A DNA stretch of 37,608 bases from assembly GCA_003141915.1 (NCBI GenBank), contig PLNY01000361.1:4765-42372 (forward strand), read 5' to 3'. Source of the DNA: Anaerolineae bacterium (GTDB lineage Bacteria; Chloroflexota; Anaerolineae; Anaerolineales; Villigracilaceae). Every line of letters begins with the position of its first letter. Position 1 is the stretch's first letter. The notes beneath the pieces are model-generated. The model was not told the origin of the DNA. It saw only the letters and a list, made by a program, of their open reading frames with translations, and did no database searches. The position numbers and the translations under genes were made by a program. Below are positions 1 to 6,701 of this stretch, one piece after another.

Positions 1-748
1 AAGCAACGTGGACTTTGCATGTCCCCAAGTTTATTGGCGAGGGGCTGATCCCGTTGGTAAATTGAGACAAAGTCAGCAGGGCTATGCCAGCATCCCAAAT
101 GCGCCCCAGGTTCCCATGCCCATTGTTGCGGGAGATATGTATATCGAGAACGGCGATGAACCGACGCCCGACCAGGATACTTTGTTCTTATCCACGGTGA
201 ATGCAGACCCAACGCTGCACGGTGTCTTTATGTATGCCGCCGACGATACACAAACCACCCCGGAACTCTGGCAGGCATTCTCGCTATATCCATGGAATGG
301 AGGCGTGACCCTTCCGCCCCAGCCGATTGCATGGGGACAGGTCAAAACGCCGCTTGGACTTTATATCCGCGCCACTCCATCGGGAAACAAATTGGGTGCG
401 CTTTCCAAAGCTTCATTGGTACCGATTTGGTATATTGATGGTAATCAATGGGCCGCGATTACCACCGCCCATGACCAGTGGGTTTACGTTGGCAACTCGG
501 ATTACATCACCGTGGTTATGAATCCTGCCAATGTTCCACCGCCTCCTCCTCCATCTCCCGGACTCTTTCAGGCCAAGGTCATTCCGGCGGCCGGACTCAA
601 TGTGCGCGACAGCCCCGGCGGAAATAAAATCGGCGTCCTGACTGCCAATACGATTGTGGAAGTCTACGAGGAAAACAATGGCTGGGCAAGAATCGATCCC
701 ACACAAAGCCAATGGGTCAGTGAAACATACTTGAGCAAATTAAGCTAA
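1..748 (+). CDS. C-terminal part of a secreted/cell-surface protein with two SH3b-like domains (5' end outside the window)
   Basis: The frame is open to the window edge, with no stop in codons 2-7. A PPPPPPSP linker is followed by a C-terminal SH3b-type segment (GLNVRDSPGGNKIGVL...GWARID...WVSETYL). An earlier similar segment is present (LGLYIRATPSGNKLGAL...). A hairpin terminator follows the gene. Confidence 0.6.
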   Translation, partial: SNVDFACPQVYWRGADPVGKLRQSQQGYASIPNAPQVPMPIVAGDMYIENGDEPTPDQDTLFLSTVNADPTLHGVFMYAADDTQTTPELWQAFSLYPWNGGVTLPPQPIAWGQVKTPLGLYIRATPSGNKLGALSKASLVPIWYIDGNQWAAITTAHDQWVYVGNSDYITVVMNPANVPPPPPPSPGLFQAKVIPAAGLNVRDSPGGNKIGVLTANTIVEVYEENNGWARIDPTQSQWVSETYLSKLS

Positions 749-759
749 GGGCATTCAGC

Positions 760-795
760 AAAATCTCCCGCAACATTGCGGGAGATTTTCTTTTC
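760..795. terminator. Hairpin terminator between convergent genes (possibly bidirectional)
   Basis: AAAATCTCCCGC-aacatt-GCGGGAGATTTT is a perfect 12-bp stem. It is followed by CTTTTC on the + strand and preceded by an A-run that serves the - strand. Confidence 0.6.
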
Positions 796-1726
796 AATCT
801 GCAAATTTCGGCATCACGTCCGAGGCGAGAAGCTGGAGGCTTTCGGCTTCGTTCTTGTAACTGCTCACGATCAGCAATTGCGTTCCGGCGTCTTGATATT
901 GACCGAATAGATCAACGGCTTGAGAAACGGTCAAGGCATAGCCGCGGAACGGCTCAGGCAATTGCATGCGCTGTTTCTTGGCTTGAAGTTCGGATTCGTT
1001 CTTCGCCACCAGCAACGCGGTCAGATTCGTTCGTTGAATCGAATTGTAATCGCGTCCCGCCTCCTCGCAATGCTTTCGCAGGATGGCATATTTTTTCCTG
1101 ACCATTTCCGGATCGCCGAATACATTGCAGGCATCGCCCCAACGCGCCACGGCACGCAGCGTTAATTGTTCGCCGCTGCCGCCGATCAGAATGGGCGGAT
1201 GCGGTTTCTGGACCGGCTTCGGTTCGAGCATGGCTTCTTTGATGTGGAAATATTTCCCGTCGAAGGTTGCGCGCGGCTCGCTCCACATCTTCAGGATGAG
1301 TTGAATCGCTTCTTCCATCTGCTTGATGCGGACGGCGGGCTTTTCGGGAAACATCCACCCATATTGGATATATTCCTGAACATTCCAGCCTGCGCCGATG
1401 CCCAGCGTGAGTCGTCCGCGGCTGATGATGTCGACTCCGGCCGCGATCTTTGCCAGATGCGCCGGGTTGCGATATCCAACCGAGGTGACCAACAGCGAGA
1501 GCCGCGTCTTCGTCGTGACTGCCGCCAGCGCCGCCAGCGTGGACCAGCCTTCCATGAACGGTTCATCCGCCACGCCCACGCCGGGGATTTGGATCAAATG
1601 GTCCATCAACGAAAACCAGGTGAAGCCGTGCGTCTCCGCCCATTGCGCCTTGCGCTTGACTTCCTCGAAGATTTCGTATTGATCCGAACCGAACAGCCAG
1701 GAGGGATTATGGATTCCAAATTTCAT
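794..1726 (-). CDS. LLM-class (luciferase-like) F420/flavin-dependent oxidoreductase
   Basis: 310 aa. N-terminal MKFGI..., then GFTWFSLMDH, and GRLTLGIGAGW is typical of the luciferase-like monooxygenase fold. A GAGGAG RBS lies upstream of the ATG. Confidence 0.75.
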   Translation of the reverse strand: MKFGIHNPSWLFGSDQYEIFEEVKRKAQWAETHGFTWFSLMDHLIQIPGVGVADEPFMEGWSTLAALAAVTTKTRLSLLVTSVGYRNPAHLAKIAAGVDIISRGRLTLGIGAGWNVQEYIQYGWMFPEKPAVRIKQMEEAIQLILKMWSEPRATFDGKYFHIKEAMLEPKPVQKPHPPILIGGSGEQLTLRAVARWGDACNVFGDPEMVRKKYAILRKHCEEAGRDYNSIQRTNLTALLVAKNESELQAKKQRMQLPEPFRGYALTVSQAVDLFGQYQDAGTQLLIVSSYKNEAESLQLLASDVMPKFAD

Positions 1727-1946
1727 AGGTGCTCCTCATGCGTAGGATTATTTTGAATTATAAGCTTCTATGTGTATTATACAAAGATTTTTGTAACGGG
1801 ACAGAACGGGGAATAAATGAAATTGCATTTTAACCGAACGTGGGCATTGTGTTAATGGAGAAGGCGCGGTCATCATCGGCGAAGTGACCGCCGAGCCGCG
1901 CGGACGCGTCTTGATGAAGACCGCCATGAGCAGTCAGCGCGTGGTG

Positions 1947-2300
1947 GGCAGGTGGGGGAACTAAATTCCCCTGCTTACTGACTAAATTGGCAGGCGGGGG
2001 AACTAAATTCCCCAGCTTACCAACTAAACCGGCAGGCGGGGGAACCAAATCCCCCAGCTTACTGACTAAATCGGCAGGCGGGGGAACTAAAGCCCCCTGC
2101 TTACTGACTAAATTGGCAGGCGGGGGAACTAAATTCCCCAGCTTACCAACTAAACCGGCAGGTAGGGGAACTAAATCCCCCTGCTTACCAACTAAACCGG
2201 CGGTCGGGGAACTAAATCAGTGGGCTGGGGAACTAAATCCCCCACAGAGGAACTAAGTCAGCAGGCGGGGGAACTAAATCGGTAAGGCTACCAACAAAAC
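1947..2300. repeat. Tandem array of 42-bp units (about 6 clean and 2-3 degenerate), each with a G-run/C-run hairpin; the [A/G]ACTAAA word is phased at 20-21 bp
   Basis: Unit starts at 1947, 1989, 2031, 2073, 2115, 2157 and 2199 give an exact 42-bp period. The consensus is GGCAGGCGGGGGAACTAAATTCCCCAGCTTACCAACTAAACC. The array degenerates towards 2300. Confidence 0.9.
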
Positions 2301-2322
2301 TGAAGGATATGCTCTGCAAGTT

Positions 2323-2409
2323 GTGCGTCGCACCTTACTCAACCGAGTTACCCTATAGAGTCGACGCTGCCGGTTTAATAGATTTTTCTGCCTGTGCGGT
2401 GCGACGCAC
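2323..2409. repeat. Palindromic ~87-bp element, copy 1 (12-bp perfect terminal inverted repeat GTGCGTCGCACC / GGTGCGACGCAC, 63-nt interior)
   Basis: The arms lie at 2323-2334 and 2398-2409. The same 11-bp arm core and spacing recur at 6065-6152. Confidence 0.8.
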
Positions 2410-2461
2410 CGCGCGCAAGCATATGCTGGCCGGAAAATGTCGCCGAGGATATGCCAAGCTG

Positions 2462-2516
2462 ATTAATCATCAAGCGTATTCTGGCTCAAATCCAGTTCGG
2501 CTAGGATTTTATTTCT
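2462..2516. repeat. Direct repeat DR1 (~50 bp), partner at 2937-2990
   Basis: ATCAAGCGTATTCTGGCTCAAATCCAGTTCGGCTA(G/T)GATTTTAT is shared almost exactly by both copies. Each copy lies just 3' of a minus-strand membrane-protein gene. Confidence 0.85.
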
Positions 2517-2581
2517 GAAAGTGTTTATCCTCGAAAGGATGAAGTAGAATTTTTGCCGCGGATTTAAAGGCAAGAGATCAA

Positions 2582-2815
2582 TCAACTGCGAAGGTTTTTC
2601 TGATCGTTGCCTCGAAGCAGGCGGGTGATTTCTTCAATCTGCCGTGATTGATCCATGATCTTTATAAACAGAATGAGTATGCCAACTCCGGTCATGAAGG
2701 CTCCCACATCTGCCCAGAGATGATTGGACGGATCGTACCCGATGACAACTATCAGCGGGCCAAATATTGCAAGCGCTGGAGTGAGGGGCAGAAGAAGGTT
2801 GATGAATGTTCTCAT
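2582..2815 (-). CDS. Small hypothetical membrane protein (77 aa, two predicted TM helices)
   Basis: An AAGGAG RBS lies 7 nt upstream of the ATG. There are two hydrophobic stretches (LLLPLTPALAIFGPLIVVIGY and VGAFMTGVGILILFI). I recognise no family. Confidence 0.6.
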   Translation of the reverse strand: MRTFINLLLPLTPALAIFGPLIVVIGYDPSNHLWADVGAFMTGVGILILFIKIMDQSRQIEEITRLLRGNDQKNLRS

Positions 2816-2936
2816 GTTGCATCTCCTTGTGGATCTGAAAATCGGAATCGTCCCTTACTTATATAAGGGCCGTATATCTAGCAGTCTGAGTGTCTGAGAC
2901 TCAAGTTCTACTGACATACCATTTTGCTTGCACCTA

Positions 2937-2990
2937 ATTATAATCAAGCGTATTCTGGCTCAAATCCAGTTCGGCTATGATTTTATCTTT
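2937..2990. repeat. Direct repeat DR2 (~50 bp), partner at 2462-2516
   Basis: See DR1. This copy lies 39 bp downstream of the stop of the 3028-3777 gene. Confidence 0.85.
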
Positions 2991-3027
2991 CCGTGATTAC
3001 AATGTTTGCATCCTTGCTAAGTTAGGT

Positions 3028-3777
3028 TTATTGAGAAAGAGAGCCAATCCATGTTTGAAAAGCACTTGAATATGCGATGAGTTTTCCTGCGGCCATGAAC
3101 AGAAAAACAATAAGGGTAATAAGCATAGCGCGTCTAACTCGCGGGTCAACGCCTTGAGACTGCCGGAGCACCCAATAATAGTATCCAAAAGAAGCCAGAA
3201 GGAAGACGCTTGACACCAAAGACAGCCATAGTGAGGATGAGAAGAAAAACAGACCGATTGCAATCATCAGAAGCAAAGAAAACAGGAGATACAGGAGATT
3301 TCGACTCTTAGTTGCTTTAGATGGAGGTCGAATAGTGACCCAAGATGCAAGAACATCCCTAATTTCCTTATAATCGTTTGCGTCAAGAGTTTTTGAAATA
3401 GCTAGTGTACGTGTCTTAGTGTTTGTCAGAACGCGAAGCGATGCGCTAGATTCTTCTATTGCGATTATTTCTTGTCGTTGTATCCGAACTTGTGGTTTTC
3501 GTATTTGGGTTCGGGCGATGTAATCGTCGCCAACTTCAATGCGGATCGATTCCCAGATTTCCTTGGTCTGCTTTAGGCCGCGCCTGATGCTTGATAGCAT
3601 ATATGTAACGCCGATTAGGATCGTTGCAAGTATTGCGATCAACTTATTATCCGGTAAAATCGAAACAACAAGGACCGCTGCACTGCATACAATTGCTGCG
3701 TAAAAGCTGCCCATTAACCAAAGATATCGAGTCTGAAGTTTTGCAAGTCCATTAGAAGAAAAGGAATAGGATTTCAT
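3028..3777 (-). CDS. Hypothetical polytopic membrane protein with a soluble beta-rich middle domain
   Basis: The ORF is open to 3822 (TTG). I prefer the ATG at 3777 (MKSYSF...). Two N-terminal TM helices are followed by a ~100-aa soluble segment and then 3-4 C-terminal TM helices. The gene sits in a visibly AT-richer region. Confidence 0.55.
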   Translation of the reverse strand: MKSYSFSSNGLAKLQTRYLWLMGSFYAAIVCSAAVLVVSILPDNKLIAILATILIGVTYMLSSIRRGLKQTKEIWESIRIEVGDDYIARTQIRKPQVRIQRQEIIAIEESSASLRVLTNTKTRTLAISKTLDANDYKEIRDVLASWVTIRPPSKATKSRNLLYLLFSLLLMIAIGLFFFSSSLWLSLVSSVFLLASFGYYYWVLRQSQGVDPRVRRAMLITLIVFLFMAAGKLIAYSSAFQTWIGSLSQ

Positions 3778-3845
3778 CTTGTTATGTACCTGCTTTCCGA
3801 GAATGATAGTATTTAATCCCAACCAGCGAACCAGTGATCATGAAT

Positions 3846-3892
3846 CCTAAAAACAAATAGCGTACTGGAATTTTATCTCCAGTACGCTATTT
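3846..3892 (-). terminator. Intrinsic terminator downstream of ssb
   Basis: On the - strand, AATAGCGTACTGGA-gataaaat-TCCAGTACGCTATT forms a 14-bp stem and is followed by TGTTTTT. Confidence 0.75.
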
Positions 3893-3899
3893 TATCAAC

Positions 3900-4286
3900 T
3901 TACGCTGCTTCGTATTCAGCTTGTTCTTCGTCCACCGTCATCACCGGCTCCTCGGCGGACTTCTTATCGAGGAACTGCATCATCAGCGCGATCACCTTGC
4001 TGAAATATTTGGTCTCACCGCCTTTGTCCTCGTACTTGTCCGTCTTGAGCCGGCCTTCGATGTAAACGAGACTTCCCTTCTTGAGATACTGCTGGGCGAT
4101 CTCGCCGAGTCTTCCCCACGCTTCGACGTTCACCCATTCGGTATATTCTTTGGTTTCGTTGCCGCTCTTCCAGCGTTGGCTAATGCCGAGACTGAAATGA
4201 GCCACCTTCTTTCCGTTGGGTGTGAAGCGGCTTTCCGGTTCCTTGCCGAGATATCCGATCAGTTGAACACGGTTTAATGCTGGCAT
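3900..4286 (-). CDS. ssb: Single-stranded DNA-binding protein (short, non-canonical C-terminus)
   Basis: 128 aa. NRVQLIGYLGKEPESRFTPNGKKVAHFSL...WVNVEAWGRLGEIAQQYLKKGSLVYIEGRL is a typical SSB OB-fold. A GGAGG RBS is present. The protein ends ...DEEQAEYEAA rather than D-D-D-I-P-F. Confidence 0.85.
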   Translation of the reverse strand: MPALNRVQLIGYLGKEPESRFTPNGKKVAHFSLGISQRWKSGNETKEYTEWVNVEAWGRLGEIAQQYLKKGSLVYIEGRLKTDKYEDKGGETKYFSKVIALMMQFLDKKSAEEPVMTVDEEQAEYEAA

Positions 4287-4399
4287 GTTTCCCTCCTTTC
4301 CTTCAGACTTTTAGAGTTCATGTTTTGTGTCATATCAAGTCTCCTTTTTCTCTAAAAGAACAATTGGGTGTGTCCGAACGGGTTATACTTTGTGCATTG

Positions 4400-4597
4400 C
4401 TAGCTTTCGGCAGGCGCCGCCGTGGATGGTTGCGTCCGCTTCAAAACGAGCATGCCCGTTTTCATCTCCACGACCTGGTAACCGTCAGGCACCGCATCGA
4501 GCGCACCTTCCTTGATCTCCTTCGAGAAGTAAAACATCTTTCCGTTGGAGTGCAGGTAGTAGGTCGTGCCTTTCGAGTTGCTGTGTGAGTAAGCCAT
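4400..4597 (-). CDS. Small hypothetical protein (65 aa)
   Basis: An AGGAG RBS lies 7 nt upstream of the ATG. The gene is on the same strand as ssb and directly upstream of it. I recognise no family. Confidence 0.5.
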   Translation of the reverse strand: MAYSHSNSKGTTYYLHSNGKMFYFSKEIKEGALDAVPDGYQVVEMKTGMLVLKRTQPSTAAPAES

Positions 4598-4674
4598 TTA
4601 AATCTCCTTTCAGGATTTTGATACTAAAAGTGTAGCACATATTTTCTATTCTTGTCAACTAGGAATTTCAGACT

Positions 4675-5508
4675 ATGTTAATCGTAACCAGGCTCGACGA
4701 ATTGCGCTCCGCCCGCTCCCTTCTGGACGGGAAGCTGGGTCTCGTACCGACGATGGGTTATCTCCACGAAGGGCATATTTCTCTTGTCCGCCGCGCCAAG
4801 GCTGAATGCGACTATGTTGCCGTGAGCATCTTCGTCAACCCGACTCAATTTGGACCCAACGAGGACCTCGCCAAGTATCCACGTGATTTGGACCGCGATC
4901 TGCATCTGCTCGAAGACGCAGGCGTGGACTTGGTCTGGACACCAACGCCCGAGGTGATGTATCCGTCCGGGTTTCAAACCTGGGTCGAAGTCGAGGAAAT
5001 GACGCGCCCGCTGGAAGGTGCTCAACGCCCCGGCCATTTTCGCGGCGTAACGACGGTTGTCACGAAACTGTTCAATGCGGTTCAACCAACGAAAGCTTAC
5101 TTTGGTCAAAAGGATGCGCAGCAAGCCGCGGTCATTCGGCGAATGACGGAGGATTTGAATTTCCCCATCGAGATCGTGGTTTGCCCAATCGTGCGTGAGC
5201 CGGACGGACTAGCCATGTCCAGCCGCAATATTTATCTTGATGCCCATCAACGCAAAGCCGCGACGGTTCTATATCGTTCGTTGAGCGCGGCGAAGGAAGA
5301 ATATGAAAAGGGCGAGCGCGATGCGGAAAAGTTGAGACGAAAAATGAAAGAAGTGATTGCGTCCGAGCCGCTGGCGCAAATGCAATATGTTTCCTGCGCG
5401 GATTACGATACGTTACAGGAGTTGGAGAAAGTTACGGGGAAGACTCTGCTTTCGATGGCGGTGTTCTTTGGGAAAACAAGGTTGATTGATAACTTTGTGT
5501 TGGAGTGA
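4675..5508 (+). CDS. panC: Pantoate--beta-alanine ligase (pantothenate synthetase)
   Basis: 277 aa. LVPTMGYLHEGHISLV (HIGH-type motif), FGQKD and SSRN motifs are collinear with PanC. Confidence 0.95.
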   Translation: MLIVTRLDELRSARSLLDGKLGLVPTMGYLHEGHISLVRRAKAECDYVAVSIFVNPTQFGPNEDLAKYPRDLDRDLHLLEDAGVDLVWTPTPEVMYPSGFQTWVEVEEMTRPLEGAQRPGHFRGVTTVVTKLFNAVQPTKAYFGQKDAQQAAVIRRMTEDLNFPIEIVVCPIVREPDGLAMSSRNIYLDAHQRKAATVLYRSLSAAKEEYEKGERDAEKLRRKMKEVIASEPLAQMQYVSCADYDTLQELEKVTGKTLLSMAVFFGKTRLIDNFVLE

Positions 5509-5626
5509 ATCACGATAAAAACATCGCGTTGCCTTTGGACACTGATGAATAAATCATTTTAGCTTTCTTTGGACACGGATTTCACAGACGACACGGAACA
5601 ACGCGGATTTTTAAAGATTTTCTTCG

Positions 5627-5772
5627 CTACCGTACACTTTATGCACGATGAATAAAAATAGAACACGGATGACGCTGATTCAGCCGATTTGCGCGGATGA
5701 AGCTTAAAAAAACTGCGTGCATCCGCCTCATCCGCTCTGATCCGCGTGCTATTTTTTTAGGATGTACGGTAG
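5627..5772. repeat. MITE-like block bounded by a 10-bp inverted repeat (CTACCGTACA / TGTACGGTAG) inside a patchwork of CACGGAT/GCGGAT-word repeats
   Basis: The inverted repeat lies at 5627-5636 and 5763-5772. An AAAGATTTTCT word occurs just outside both ends (about 5613 and 5775). The interior contains internally palindromic GCGGATGA.../...TCATCCGC segments. Confidence 0.5.
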
Positions 5773-5783
5773 AAAAAGATTTT

Positions 5784-6047
5784 CTATACTTGTTCAAACC
5801 GTTCCACCGGAACGACAAACAACGATCCGTGTTTCTCGACAGGCGCACTCATTGCAATGGTTTCGCGAATGAGTTTGATCGCCGAATCAACTTGTGCGTC
5901 ACTCACACCGAGCAGTAAAGTCACCACGCCGCTTCGCAGAAATCCGCCCGTCGAGGCGATGCGCGTGACGCGGTATTCTTCACTGGTCAGGGCACGCGTA
6001 AGCGCGTCGGCTTCGTTATCTTTGATAATCACAATGATCATTTTCAT
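5784..6047 (-). CDS. DarA/PstA (YaaQ, DUF970) family PII-like protein, short paralog (87 aa)
   Basis: MKMIIVIIKDNEADALTRALTSEEYRVTRIASTGGFLRSGVVTLLLGV...FVVPVERFEQV matches the cyclic-di-AMP receptor family pattern (TKLATTGGFL..GNTT...VLPV..F). An AGGAGG RBS precedes the ATG at 6047. The longer ORF to 6170 runs through the palindromic element. Confidence 0.75.
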   Translation of the reverse strand: MKMIIVIIKDNEADALTRALTSEEYRVTRIASTGGFLRSGVVTLLLGVSDAQVDSAIKLIRETIAMSAPVEKHGSLFVVPVERFEQV

Positions 6048-6064
6048 GGCAAGCCTCCTTTGTT

Positions 6065-6152
6065 TTGCGTCGCACCTTAAGGGTAGAGACAAATCTGTTG
6101 AACGAGAAATTTCTTTGTTTGGATAAGTCCCGTTAAGTATGGTGCGACGCAA
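6065..6152. repeat. Palindromic ~88-bp element, copy 2 (TTGCGTCGCACC / GGTGCGACGCAA, 64-nt interior), in the spacer between the two darA-like genes
   Basis: The arms lie at 6065-6076 and 6141-6152. The reverse complement of the interior shares TACT(T/C)AAC...TTA(T/C)CC and AA(C/T)AGATTT(G/T)TCT blocks with copy 1. Confidence 0.8.
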
Positions 6153-6188
6153 CCTCTGAGGGCGCAACATCGCTGTGCCCTTCCCTTG

Positions 6189-6524
6189 TTATATCTCCTC
6201 GAATCTTTCCACCGGCAGTGCAAATACGGTTGCGCCGCCGACCGTCACCGGAATCGGTGTGGGCATTGGCAATGGCGAACCCTCCAATGGCATGGATAAA
6301 TATTCGACGCGCTGACGACAAGATTTTCGCAATTCGCGCAATACATCTTCCTCCCGGCCTTTGGGCAGGCCGATCAAGATCGTTGCGTTGCGCCGACCGA
6401 GAAATCCGCCCGCGCTTGCCAGATACACAACCGGCGCACCGAAAGAACTAACCGCGCGCGTGGCGACATCTAAATCCTGTTCCTGCACAATCGCCAGAAT
6501 CAAAAGATGCATTGGATTGTCCAT
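6189..6524 (-). CDS. DarA/PstA (YaaQ, DUF970) family PII-like protein, full-length paralog (111 aa)
   Basis: LLILAIVQEQD...LASAGGFLGRRNATILIGL...VTVGGATVFALPVERFEEI closely parallels the B. subtilis DarA pattern (...VEVGGATVFVLPVDEFHQF). A GAGGAG RBS is present. Confidence 0.8.
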   Translation of the reverse strand: MDNPMHLLILAIVQEQDLDVATRAVSSFGAPVVYLASAGGFLGRRNATILIGLPKGREEDVLRELRKSCRQRVEYLSMPLEGSPLPMPTPIPVTVGGATVFALPVERFEEI

Positions 6525-6547
6525 AATCTGCTCCTCATGTCTTCAAT

Positions 6548-6672
6548 GTCATTGCGAGCGACCCTGAGCGAAGTCGAAGGGAAGCGTGGCAATCTCCTGT
6601 TTATATGTTACTTGAGATTGCCACACCGAAAGAACACAGTGCAGGCAACCCCTTCGGGGTCCCGCGATGACA
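6548..6672. repeat. Composite inverted copy of the dispersed GTCATTGCGAG...GGCAATCTC repeat family
   Basis: Unit 6548-6596 (GTCATTGCGAGCGACC...GCGTGGCAATCTC) faces inverted unit 6614-6672 (GAGATTGCCACACCGAAAGAACACAGTGC...CGCGATGAC). The two can fold into one long hairpin. Confidence 0.8.
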
Positions 6673-6701
6673 TCACGGCTATTAATATTAGCATATCACA
6701 T

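Noticed and set aside
1987-2256. 89-aa ORF (AGGGTKFPSLPTKP repeats), plus the antisense ORF 1830-2048
   Set aside because: Both are translations of the tandem repeat. The start is TTG inside a unit, with no ATG or RBS, and the frame is open simply because of the repeat period.
1947-2300. Possible CRISPR array
   Set aside because: The period is only 42 bp and the inter-hairpin segments are themselves conserved (two alternating variants). There are therefore no unique spacers. No cas genes are in the window.
2309-2518. 69-aa ORF
   Set aside because: It runs through the palindromic element (2323-2409) and into direct repeat DR1. It has no RBS and its composition is dominated by repeat sequence.
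5784-6170. 128-aa version of the short darA-like gene
   Set aside because: The N-terminal 41 codons are the translated palindromic element. A strong AGGAGG RBS precedes the internal ATG at 6047, and the family alignment starts there.
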